Origin: Phycisphaerae bacterium
GTDB taxonomy: Bacteria; Planctomycetota; Phycisphaerae; UBA1845; PWPN01
Direction of reading: 5' to 3'
DNA length: 51,771 nucleotides
NCBI GenBank assembly: GCA_039961895.1
Contig: JABRVU010000157.1
Location: 1 to 51,771, forward strand
Below are positions 35,141-43,665 of the stretch, in pieces. A model generated the notes under the pieces. That model was not told where the DNA came from, did not search any database, and saw only the letters and a list, made by a program, of their open reading frames with translations. Position 1 is the stretch's first letter. The number at the start of each line of letters is the position of its first letter. Both the position numbers and the translations under genes were made by a program.

Positions 35141-35404
35141 ATGGCAAGACCCCAGGCGAGACTCGGTGACATCTCCAGCCACGGCGGCGTGATCGTCACA
35201 GGAGCGCTTCGCACCGTAGTCAACGGAAGACCCGCGGCGCGGCTGGGCGATCTGCATGTCTGCCCGATACCGGGCCACGGCGTGACGCCCATCGTCACGG
35301 GCAGCCTCGACACCGCGACGGAAGGGCTGCCGAACGCACGCATCGGCGACATCACGGCCTGCGGCGCGATCATCGTGACCGGCAGCCTGAACACCAACGA
35401 CTGA
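35141..35404 (+). CDS. PAAR-domain spike tip protein
   Basis: 87 aa. Repeated ARLGD / ARIGD motifs and CP.PGHG. Confidence 0.85.
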   Translation: MARPQARLGDISSHGGVIVTGALRTVVNGRPAARLGDLHVCPIPGHGVTPIVTGSLDTATEGLPNARIGDITACGAIIVTGSLNTND

Positions 35405-35413
35405 GGACCGAAG

Positions 35414-35740
35414 ATGGATTTCGAGGAACCGCAGTTTCACTACTGGGACGTCTTCCCCAAGACGGTGAAGGTGTCGCTCACCGGCTGGTCGGTGACGATA
35501 CCGCTTTCCGTGCGCGGCGCTCCCACCGGACAGATCGAGTTCGAATCCGCCGACTCCAACATCGCCTGGGTGGACGAAGACGGAAGGCTGAACCTTGGTT
35601 GGCAGGCCGGTGCGACGGTCGTCATGGCTTACGACTCGGAGAATTGGGACAGCGTCCGCTACATCCAGGTGGAGGTCGTCGATTACGGTCAAAACGGAGG
35701 CGGAGGATACGACGGGTATGGCTATGACTATCCCACATAA
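35414..35740 (+). CDS. Ig-like (Big_2-like) domain protein with Gly/Tyr tail
   Basis: IEFESADSNIAWVDEDGRLNLGWQAGATVVMAY. The C-terminus ends GGGGYDGYGYDYPT. Confidence 0.5.
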   Translation: MDFEEPQFHYWDVFPKTVKVSLTGWSVTIPLSVRGAPTGQIEFESADSNIAWVDEDGRLNLGWQAGATVVMAYDSENWDSVRYIQVEVVDYGQNGGGGYDGYGYDYPT

Positions 35741-36458
35741 CCTTCCATTGTCCTTCTGGGAAGTCGCGCCCTCTCTGATCCGGGAACCGTATCGGGAGAC
35801 GGAACAAGCGGTCCCGGTGGCCGTCATCGGATCGCCCGGCGGCGAGGTGCGGTTTGAGTCCGTCCATCCGGAAATCGCCAGGGTCGAGAACGGTGTGCTG
35901 CGCTTCGGCGCGACACCCGGCGCGACGGTCATCGTCGCCGAAGCGATCCGGGGCGAGGTGGCGTCATCCCGCAGATACATCCAGGTCGACGTGGAGAAGC
36001 CCAAAGCCGCGGTGGTGCTCGACTGGAGACCGTCCGGCTATGTGGAACTTCTGCCGGACGGAACCTGGCACTTTTACTATTTCTCCGGCTGGTACGACGC
36101 TTCCGGCAGCAATATCCGCGTGACCGGGGAGCTCGCATCGGAGGTGACCCTGGACCGGGATTACCTCCTCCGTTTCGACGTCTGGGGCGAGATCGAGAGC
36201 GTGGACGGACCCTATTTCGACCGGCTCGAGTTCTATGTCGACTGGTGGTTTATGCGGAGCTTCAATCCGACTTACGACATGAACGGCGCTCCGCTGCAGC
36301 CGTACCCCGTGCCGCGAAGGACCGAGACCATCGACCTGTCTCAATTCACGGGCGGCACGGTCACACTGCGGTTTCTTTGGGACACGGGCGACGGCCTTTA
36401 CCAGAAGTTCGACGGCTGGTTCGTGCAGAACATCGAACTCATACCTATCGGGAGTTGA
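35718..36458 (+). CDS. Ig-like (Big_2-like) domain + C-terminal jelly-roll-like domain protein
   Basis: ATG 35718 within ORF 35595-36458. VRFESVHPEIARVENGVLRFGATPGATVIV. C-terminal TVTLRFLWDTGDG...GWFVQNIELI. Confidence 0.5.
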   Translation: MAMTIPHNLPLSFWEVAPSLIREPYRETEQAVPVAVIGSPGGEVRFESVHPEIARVENGVLRFGATPGATVIVAEAIRGEVASSRRYIQVDVEKPKAAVVLDWRPSGYVELLPDGTWHFYYFSGWYDASGSNIRVTGELASEVTLDRDYLLRFDVWGEIESVDGPYFDRLEFYVDWWFMRSFNPTYDMNGAPLQPYPVPRRTETIDLSQFTGGTVTLRFLWDTGDGLYQKFDGWFVQNIELIPIGS

Positions 36459-36464
36459 CGGAAC

Positions 36465-37421
36465 ATGGTTGTCGGAAACGGATACGGTTACGGCTACGGA
36501 GAGGAAGACGGCGGGCCGATCATCGAGCAGACGAGTTCGTCGGAATCCCACTATGAACTTATGGCTCTGGCCCGTCTGCTTGCGGCCGGTCTCGGCGTGA
36601 CGGACGGCGAGGGTGAGGAGCCCTATCTCCGAAAGATTCGAGACAGCCTGGCCGAGATCAAAGGCATTCTGCAGCAGAGTCACGACGCCTCCGAAGCCCT
36701 TCGGGCGGAAGCTCGAACGGTACTGGAGGCGCACGCCGAGAGCGCGCAGCAATACATGCAGGTCGTGGATCAACCGATGCCGCCGGACTTCGACCCCTTC
36801 GTCGCCATGCCGGCGGGCACCGCCCTGAGAGATCTTCCGGACGGAGGACGCATCTTCACCCTCGCCGACAGCGTCATGGTTCGGGTGGGACCGGACGGAA
36901 AACTCACGGCCATCGGTATGGATGGCTCTGTGACCCTTCTCGAACCCGCGCGCGGCGGCGTGGTGACGCTTCCCGACGGTCGGGAGCTGATGCTCAAGCC
37001 CGAGGCGGTGCGTGTGACCCACGAAGCGGCCGGAATCGAAGGGCTTCCCCTGGACATCGATCCGATACAGACCGCGCAGGGGCGCTGCCGCGTGGAGCTG
37101 CCGGACGGATACCGGTTGGATGTATTTCAGTCAGAGCGTGCGGCCATGATCGGCAACCCCGCCGGCACCTCGGTGGTGCTCGGGATTTCCCGGATCGAGG
37201 GCGTGGGAGAGGATGTCGAGGTTCGTCTGGTGCCCGGCGGGGCCAAGGGCTTTACGGCCATGGAAAGCGGTCACAAGGGCGTCATCGAGGCCGACGGCAC
37301 GATCCATGTCGCCATGGCGAACGGGTTGGACCTGGTCATTCATTTCCCGGACGACGATGACTCGAATGGAGGCCCAGGTTCGGGTGACCCGCCCGCCTGC
37401 ATCTGCGAGGAGCGTGACTGA
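36465..37421 (+). CDS. Hypothetical protein (318 aa) with N-terminal GYGYGYG motif
   Basis: ATG start. No family recognised. Ends in a TGATG overlap with the gpW gene. Confidence 0.5.
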   Translation: MVVGNGYGYGYGEEDGGPIIEQTSSSESHYELMALARLLAAGLGVTDGEGEEPYLRKIRDSLAEIKGILQQSHDASEALRAEARTVLEAHAESAQQYMQVVDQPMPPDFDPFVAMPAGTALRDLPDGGRIFTLADSVMVRVGPDGKLTAIGMDGSVTLLEPARGGVVTLPDGRELMLKPEAVRVTHEAAGIEGLPLDIDPIQTAQGRCRVELPDGYRLDVFQSERAAMIGNPAGTSVVLGISRIEGVGEDVEVRLVPGGAKGFTAMESGHKGVIEADGTIHVAMANGLDLVIHFPDDDDSNGGPGSGDPPACICEERD

Positions 37422-37876
37422 TGGCTTTGGATTTTCTCGGACGCGGGCTTAAGTTCCCTTTCCGCTTTCAGCGGCGGTCCGGTGGCGCGCAGGTTTCCTC
37501 GGCCACCTCCACCGAGCACGAACACATCCACGAGAGCATCCTCCAGATTCTCGGCACCCGGCCGGGCGAACGCTTCATGCGCCCGGAATTCGGCTCGAAA
37601 CTCAAGGACCTGGTGTTCGAGCCGAACGATGAGGTGCTGAAGGGGCTGATCCGCCATTATGTGATCGACGCCGTGAAGCGCTGGGAGAAACGGATCGTCA
37701 TCACCGGCGTCTCCTTCGACGATTCCCCCGCGAACAAGGATCGCAATCTTCTCCCGGTCCGCATCGCCTATCGCGTCATCCAGAGCCAGGTGGAGGGCAA
37801 CCTGGTCTATCCCTTTTACCGCGAACCGCGCCAATCCGCTCCGCCCCGACAGTTCCGCTCCGTCGCCGGTAAGTAA
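37421..37876 (+). CDS. Baseplate wedge protein gpW / gp25-like
   Basis: GRGLKFPF......G......HI.ESI.QILGT.PGER.M.PEFGS.L..L.FEPN is the GPW_gp25 signature. Confidence 0.85.
   Translation: MALDFLGRGLKFPFRFQRRSGGAQVSSATSTEHEHIHESILQILGTRPGERFMRPEFGSKLKDLVFEPNDEVLKGLIRHYVIDAVKRWEKRIVITGVSFDDSPANKDRNLLPVRIAYRVIQSQVEGNLVYPFYREPRQSAPPRQFRSVAGK
37846..37876 (+). promoter_or_regulatory. Bipartite motif copy g: CCGACA-N18-TAAGTAA
   Basis: CCGACA 37846-37851, spacer ends CGCCGG, TAAGTAA 37870-37876. The TAA at 37874-37876 is the gpW stop codon. Confidence 0.55.
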
Positions 37877-37943
37877 CAAGCGGGTCCTCGTCCGGCTCGT
37901 CCGGCGGGGCCACTTGTGACCGAACCGCAACGGACGAACGGAA

Positions 37944-39353
37944 ATGGGCAGAGCGAGCATCGCTTACACGAACAAAGACTATGACTCCCTGCGCCGGGAA
38001 CTGCTGGCGCGGGTGCCGCAGCTCACCGACCGCTGGACGGACTTCAACGCGTCCGACCTCGGCGTGGTGTTGCTGGAACTCTTCTGCGGCATCGGCGATA
38101 TGCTGGCCTACTACCTCGACGCCCAGGCGGCGGAGGCATTCCTGCCCACCGCCCGCCAGCGGCAGAACGTCATCAACCTCTGCAAGCTCATCAGCTACCG
38201 GCTCGACGGGCCGGTGGCCGCAACCACCGCTTTGCGTTTCTCCCTGGCCGCGCCGCTCGACGCGGATCTGGTGATCCTGGCGGGAACGACGTGCAGGGCC
38301 CGTCTGGAAGAAAACGACATCGTGTTCGAGACGGCCGAAGACGCGACGATCTTTCGGAGCCGGACGAGCGTCGATGCGGGCGCGCGCCAGGGGAAACGCA
38401 AGGCCGAAAACTTCACGGCCCACGGGGAAACGGGCGATCCGATCATTCTGGCCGGAAAGGAAATCGCCCACGGGTCGATCCGTGTGTGGGTGCAGGCCCA
38501 GGAATGGACCGAGGTATCCCACTTTCAGGAAAGCGGCTCGGACTCGCGCCACTTCATGGCCGAGACCGATGCGCTGGACATCACCCGGATCGTCTTCGGC
38601 GACGGATTGCGCGGAGCGGTTCCCGACACCGGCGCGGAAATCCGCGTCGAGTACCTCGAAACCCTCGGGGCCGAAGGCAATCTGGGTCCCCATCTCGTCA
38701 CCGAGCTTCTCACGGCCATCTACTTCGAGGGCGGTCTGGTTCCCCTTGCGGTCACCAACCCAGTCCCCGCGACCGGCGGAGCCGCCCGCGAGACGCTGGA
38801 ACACGCCCGCCGACAGGCCCCGGCCGAGGTCCGCTCGCTCTGGAAGGCGGTCACCAAGGAGGACTACCTCGCCCTGGCCGAAGGGTTTCCGGGCGTGGCC
38901 AAGGCCCAGGTTCTCGACGTCAACGACTGCAAGAACATCCGCTACTACCAGGTCAACCTGGCCGTGGCCCCGGACGGCGGGGGTCCGCCGTCGGCGCTTC
39001 TCAAGCAGGACCTCGCCGAATACCTGGAATCGCGTAAGGTCATCACCGTCGAGATCAACCTCTTCGATCCCGTCTACCGGCCGGTATCGATTGACGCGGA
39101 GGTGTTCGCCTATGCCGGCGAGGACCTCGACCTGGTCCGAAGCCGCGTCGAACAGGCCTTGGCGGACTTTTTCGCCTTCGACCGCATGAGCTTCGGCGCG
39201 CCGGTGCATTTCTCGGATCTGGTAGCGCTTCTGGACGGCGTGCGGGGCGTGAGCCACGTGCGCATGTACACGCCGACCCAGGACGTCGACATCCGCGCCG
39301 GTCAGATCGCGTCACTCGGTCAGGTCAACCTCGACGTGCGGAGGGCGTCCTGA
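37944..39353 (+). CDS. Baseplate J-like protein
   Basis: 469 aa. YTNKDYDSLRRELLARVPQLTDRWTDFNASDLGVVLLELF resembles the Baseplate_J N-terminus. Follows gpW. Confidence 0.85.
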   Translation: MGRASIAYTNKDYDSLRRELLARVPQLTDRWTDFNASDLGVVLLELFCGIGDMLAYYLDAQAAEAFLPTARQRQNVINLCKLISYRLDGPVAATTALRFSLAAPLDADLVILAGTTCRARLEENDIVFETAEDATIFRSRTSVDAGARQGKRKAENFTAHGETGDPIILAGKEIAHGSIRVWVQAQEWTEVSHFQESGSDSRHFMAETDALDITRIVFGDGLRGAVPDTGAEIRVEYLETLGAEGNLGPHLVTELLTAIYFEGGLVPLAVTNPVPATGGAARETLEHARRQAPAEVRSLWKAVTKEDYLALAEGFPGVAKAQVLDVNDCKNIRYYQVNLAVAPDGGGPPSALLKQDLAEYLESRKVITVEINLFDPVYRPVSIDAEVFAYAGEDLDLVRSRVEQALADFFAFDRMSFGAPVHFSDLVALLDGVRGVSHVRMYTPTQDVDIRAGQIASLGQVNLDVRRAS

Positions 39354-40924
39354 TGTCCTCCTACTTCGAAAAGAAACTTATCGACCTCCTTCCGCCGATC
39401 TACCGCGAACGGGATGAGTCCGGCGATCTGGATGCCTTTCTCAAGGTCCCGGCCGCGAGCCTGGACGAACTCAAAGTACTGGCCGAGCGTTTCCCCGAGA
39501 TCTTCGACGTCGGGCGTTGCGAGGAGAGGTTCCTGCCGTTTCTCGGAGAGATCGTCGGCCACCGCTTCGATCCCACCGTAAACGCGGCGGCCCAGCGGCG
39601 TCTCATCCGCGAGGCCATAGAGATTTACCGGCGCAAGGGCACCATCCCCGCCATCGGCCGATCGCTCGTTGACATCGGGTGGGAAGGGCGCATCGAGGAG
39701 ACTTTTCACAAGGCGTTGCGCCTGAACCGCCGTTCGGTTGTCGGACGGGCCAAACTGCCGGGACTGATCTACAGCCTGGGCGTCTACCGCATCGACAGCG
39801 ACAACCTCGTCCAGGGAGTCCGGGAGGCGCTGCCCTTCCATCATCCCGCCGGTACGCGGGTGTTTTTCCTGCAGTGGCTCTACACGCTCCTGTCCATGGA
39901 GTCGGATTTCGAGGCGGTCATCAAGAAGGTCGTCGAGCGCGTGTGTCTCGGGCATCTGCACGAAACGTTCGTGGTCAACCACAATGCCCTGAACACGGAT
40001 TATCACCTCACCCGCAAGAACAAGACCTGGGGTTGGTGGCGGATCACCGACTGCACCACGCTCATGCAGGACATCGAGCGAGCCGCGGTGTGCGTCTCCC
40101 GCTGGCATGGCCGCTCGCCCCGGTTCCGTCTGAACACCGGCGACCTCAACGCCGAACGTCTGCCGAACCTGTGGAGCAGCGAACGGCGTGCGGCGTTTTG
40201 CTGCGAGATCGAAACCAAGCCCGCGGTGGAACCGGGCGTCTCGTTCATCCGGCTGGCGGGCCAGGAACTGAATCGTTCGCGCCTGAACCGTTCCGCGCAG
40301 TCTTGCCGGGTCAAGTTCCGGCAGAAAGATCTGCTCTCGGAAGCCGTCCAGGATGCGCCCGACCTCGCGGGAGACCGCCGCACACACCGGTACGGGAAGC
40401 GGTCACGGCTCTCCCATTGGTTCCGCGTCGGCCATTCGAGGCTCGGAAGGGACGACAAGGTCTCCGGCGCGGCCGTGGGCCGTCACCTTTTCATCACCGC
40501 TTACGCCGACGCTCAGTGGTCGGAGGTATCCGGCGCATGGGACGTCGTCGACCGCTGGCGCGCCCGCAGGCCCGGCTTTTCCCTGAACAACAAGGCGCTC
40601 AATCTCGCCGAACTGACCGACGCCTATGTGACCGAGGCCCGCGCATCCTTCGAGATGGACGTGGACACGGGCATTCCGCGCCGAAGACGCGTGGAGACGC
40701 TCCTGCTCAACCGCCGCAGGCTGAATCACACCGGCTTGCTGTTGTCGGTGGACCGGACCCGGCCCATGCGGCTCGGCTCGATGCCGCTCAACGCCTCGGG
40801 CTTCCGCAAGTCGAAGCCGTGCCTCCGATGGCGCTACCGGCAGAGGTACGATCACGCCCAGGCGACCGCCGGTTTCGAGGCGGCGGCGAACCAATACACG
40901 GTCACGCAATGGCCGGCGGCATAG
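39353..40924 (+). CDS. Tail protein I (P2 gpI-like) with extended C-terminal region
   Basis: LLPPIYRERD...FL......D.L......P.IFD...C.ERFLPFLGEIVG...........RRLIREAIEIYRRKGT matches the Tail_P2_I pattern. Confidence 0.75.
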   Translation: MSSYFEKKLIDLLPPIYRERDESGDLDAFLKVPAASLDELKVLAERFPEIFDVGRCEERFLPFLGEIVGHRFDPTVNAAAQRRLIREAIEIYRRKGTIPAIGRSLVDIGWEGRIEETFHKALRLNRRSVVGRAKLPGLIYSLGVYRIDSDNLVQGVREALPFHHPAGTRVFFLQWLYTLLSMESDFEAVIKKVVERVCLGHLHETFVVNHNALNTDYHLTRKNKTWGWWRITDCTTLMQDIERAAVCVSRWHGRSPRFRLNTGDLNAERLPNLWSSERRAAFCCEIETKPAVEPGVSFIRLAGQELNRSRLNRSAQSCRVKFRQKDLLSEAVQDAPDLAGDRRTHRYGKRSRLSHWFRVGHSRLGRDDKVSGAAVGRHLFITAYADAQWSEVSGAWDVVDRWRARRPGFSLNNKALNLAELTDAYVTEARASFEMDVDTGIPRRRRVETLLLNRRRLNHTGLLLSVDRTRPMRLGSMPLNASGFRKSKPCLRWRYRQRYDHAQATAGFEAAANQYTVTQWPAA

Positions 40925-40933
40925 GAGAGATCG

Positions 40934-41527
40934 ATGGCGATACATCTGTACGAAGACATCACATTGACCCTGCAAGTATCCGAAGGGGACCTCGCGAATC
41001 CCGATGACGACATCTACAACGGCACCGACGGGGAAACAAAAGACAAGGAGCTGTTCGTAGCCAACGAACAGACGACCCTCGCCGCGGCCCTGGCATCGGG
41101 GGCGACCTCGCTTCAGCTCTCCGCGCCTCGCTTCACCGACGGCGAAATCATCATCGTCGACAACGAACAGATGCGCGTCCTGAGCGGCGGCGGGACGACC
41201 GTCCTCGCCGTGGAACGCGGCTACGGCGGCACAACCCCTGCCGCCCACGATGCGGGTGCCGCGGTCTACTCCGGGTACGACTATACCGGGCTGGTGATCG
41301 AACCGGTGGATGTCGCCGGGGGCGACGAGTCGGCTTGGTACGCGTTGGCCCTGACACAGGCGGGTCTCGGTACCGCCGTCGGAGGAGCGCCTCTCAACCT
41401 GGGAGACAAGGCCCACGACGTGACTCTTTCGTTCTGGCGTCGCTGCACGGTGCCGTCCGGAACGCCGGTGCAAAACAAGACCGACATCAAACTCCGGCTC
41501 ACCGGCACGGAAAACCCGATCCTGTAG
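40934..41527 (+). CDS. Hypothetical tail/fibre-module protein (197 aa)
   Basis: SD GGAGAG. Position only. Confidence 0.5.
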   Translation: MAIHLYEDITLTLQVSEGDLANPDDDIYNGTDGETKDKELFVANEQTTLAAALASGATSLQLSAPRFTDGEIIIVDNEQMRVLSGGGTTVLAVERGYGGTTPAAHDAGAAVYSGYDYTGLVIEPVDVAGGDESAWYALALTQAGLGTAVGGAPLNLGDKAHDVTLSFWRRCTVPSGTPVQNKTDIKLRLTGTENPIL

Positions 41528-41536
41528 GAGGAACGC

Positions 41537-42523
41537 ATGGCCTATCACAGCACATCCGGGACCGCTTCAAACACCGCGGATTTCCTCGTCCGCCTGAAAG
41601 ATTTCCTCGTGGGAACGGTCGGCTGGACGCTTCGGGACGACCGCTCCGGTGACGCGGAGCCCAGTTACGTCCTGGCCTCCACGGGAGAGAGCGGAGCCGA
41701 AGACATCTTCCTCCGGTTCGTAAACGACAGCGCGGCGGACCGAATTGCGGTCCGCGCCTACCTGTACTGGGACGCGGCTACACACGCGGGCGTGAAAGAG
41801 GCGTTCCACACAAGCTACACCTACATCAAGACCGTGGATGCTTCCGCATTCCTGTATTGGTTTTACGCGGACAGGGATCACGTCTTCATCGTGACCAAGA
41901 TCGCAGCCGTCTACTACGGCCACTATTGCGGCCTTCTGAAGCGCTTTTGGTCCGGAGCCGTCGCCGTCACGCAGTCGGCCGCATCTCCGGGTTCAGGGGT
42001 CACGCTGCAGGTCAACGACGCCTCCATCTTCAGGGTCGGGGGCTATTACCTGATCAAGGACAACGCGGGGATCGAACGCGTCCAGGTGACGGCGCTGGAT
42101 ACGGTCTCATCTCCCAATACCGTCACCTTGGCGAGCCTCGTCGCAGCCTATGCGTCGGGAGCGAAGATCGGCGAGGACCCGCAACCGGTCGTCGTCGGCC
42201 ACTACCAGTCCCCGGGCAGCTTCTACGCCATCAACAAGTTCGACGGCTGGGCGAGCGCGACCGGCCAGACCGGCACCTGCGGCGCGGCCCACGGCGGTTT
42301 CCAAACCGCCAGCAATCCCGATCAGCGCCAAGGGCTCATCACGTTGTTTCCGTGGCTCGCGGCCCATACGACGGCGGCCTACAAGGAACTGCGGGGCGAA
42401 CTGATCGAGGTCTACGCCCACGGCGGCGGGATCACGGACTCCGAAGATGTCCTCGATCTCGGAGGAGTCACCTACAAGGTTTTCAACCTGTCCGGTCCGG
42501 GCTGGTGCGCGGTGAAGGAGTGA
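41537..42523 (+). CDS. Hypothetical tail/fibre-module protein (328 aa)
   Basis: SD AGGAGG. Position only. Confidence 0.5.
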   Translation: MAYHSTSGTASNTADFLVRLKDFLVGTVGWTLRDDRSGDAEPSYVLASTGESGAEDIFLRFVNDSAADRIAVRAYLYWDAATHAGVKEAFHTSYTYIKTVDASAFLYWFYADRDHVFIVTKIAAVYYGHYCGLLKRFWSGAVAVTQSAASPGSGVTLQVNDASIFRVGGYYLIKDNAGIERVQVTALDTVSSPNTVTLASLVAAYASGAKIGEDPQPVVVGHYQSPGSFYAINKFDGWASATGQTGTCGAAHGGFQTASNPDQRQGLITLFPWLAAHTTAAYKELRGELIEVYAHGGGITDSEDVLDLGGVTYKVFNLSGPGWCAVKE

Positions 42524-42527
42524 TTCC

Positions 42528-42659
42528 ATGGCGATGAGGCAAGGCAACAAAAAGGAGATCGAGGCGAACGCCGGACGCCTGACCCCGATGTTCCGGGTGG
42601 TCCGCAACGTCGGCAAGGCGAACAGAATCACCGGGAGGTTGAGACGTGGCAATCCGTAG
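42528..42659 (+). CDS. Possible 43-aa basic micro-protein
   Basis: Not in the ORF track (under 60 aa). ATG 42528, 7 nt after AAGGAG, with high third-position GC. MAMRQGNKKEIEANAGRLTPMFRVVRNVGKANRITGRLRRGNP. Confidence 0.3.
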   Translation: MAMRQGNKKEIEANAGRLTPMFRVVRNVGKANRITGRLRRGNP

Positions 42660-43107
42660 CGGAAATCGACTCGCCGTAGCGCCCTTCGCGGGCACCGTGG
42701 TTCCGATGAACCGCGCCCGGATGCCGGCCTTCCCGGCGGTCGTTTTCGAGGCCGTCGGCGCGGCATCGGAAACGCGGACAACCCGACGCGACACGGATGC
42801 GGCCTTGAGGATCACGGCGGAGGTGGACGCCCCCGCCGACATCCAGACCGTGATCGTGCGGCCGGTCCTGCGGAGCTTCGACCTGCTGGGATGGGTGGTC
42901 CGTTTCCCGACAACCCTTTCCGACGCAGCCGTCCGGATTCACCGGCCGGTCGAACGGCGGAGCGATACCCGCTGCGCGGTGTTCGACGAGGTCGAGCGGA
43001 CGGCGGACTTGAAACAGCTTGTGGTGCGCGAGACAGCCCGCCAAGCGGAATCGCGCCAGACCGTCTTCGCCGTGCTGATCCGCGAAGGCCACACGATCCA
43101 GACCTGA
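42646..43107 (+). CDS. Hypothetical protein (153 aa)
   Basis: GTG start after GGGAGG. Third codon positions are overwhelmingly G/C in this frame. Confidence 0.4.
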   Translation: MAIRSGNRLAVAPFAGTVVPMNRARMPAFPAVVFEAVGAASETRTTRRDTDAALRITAEVDAPADIQTVIVRPVLRSFDLLGWVVRFPTTLSDAAVRIHRPVERRSDTRCAVFDEVERTADLKQLVVRETARQAESRQTVFAVLIREGHTIQT

Positions 43108-43120
43108 AGGAGGAATACGA

Positions 43121-43654
43121 ATGTCACTTGGACTCATCGTCAAAACAGGCCGCATTCTCACCGCCCGGCTGCTCATGGGCGATCCCATCGAGGGCATCAC
43201 CCACTGCGCCATCGGTGACGGGGACGCCACGTTCACCGATCCCGTCAATCCGCCCGCGCCGGACATCGACCAGACAGCGCTCAAGAACGAGCGGGCCCGC
43301 AAAAAGCAGTACAAGCGCACCTTTCTCAAGGAGGACCCGGAGGGGACGCTCATCGTCAACGGCATCCATTACATCGAAACCGGCGAGGAGACCCAGACCA
43401 TCGGCGTCTTCTTCCGCTTCGAGGAAAACGAAGCCAACGGGATCACCATCCGGGAATACGGATTCTTCGGCGGAGACGTGGCCTACATCGCCGGACTGCA
43501 GTCCGATTATGCGGCGAACGGCGTTTACCACCCGGACACCAATCCGACCGGCGAGGTGCTCGATCCCGGCTACCTCTACGAAGTGAAGAACATCCCCGAC
43601 TTCAACAAGACCTCGGACACGCGCGTTGAGCTGGTCGGGGTCATCAAGATTTAG
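43121..43654 (+). CDS. Hypothetical tail-fibre-module protein (177 aa)
   Basis: Strong SD GAAGGAGG. Immediately upstream of the DUF4815 protein. Confidence 0.55.
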   Translation: MSLGLIVKTGRILTARLLMGDPIEGITHCAIGDGDATFTDPVNPPAPDIDQTALKNERARKKQYKRTFLKEDPEGTLIVNGIHYIETGEETQTIGVFFRFEENEANGITIREYGFFGGDVAYIAGLQSDYAANGVYHPDTNPTGEVLDPGYLYEVKNIPDFNKTSDTRVELVGVIKI

Positions 43655-43665
43655 GAGGAAAGACC

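Noticed and set aside
407-37876. Considered sigma-54 (-24/-12 GG-N10-GC) or ECF-type (GAAC...CGTC) identity for the bipartite motif
   Set aside because: Neither spacing nor conserved bases fit. The 18-nt gap and a TA-rich downstream box are closer to a sigma-70-like or activator-dependent phage promoter. The sigma identity is left open.
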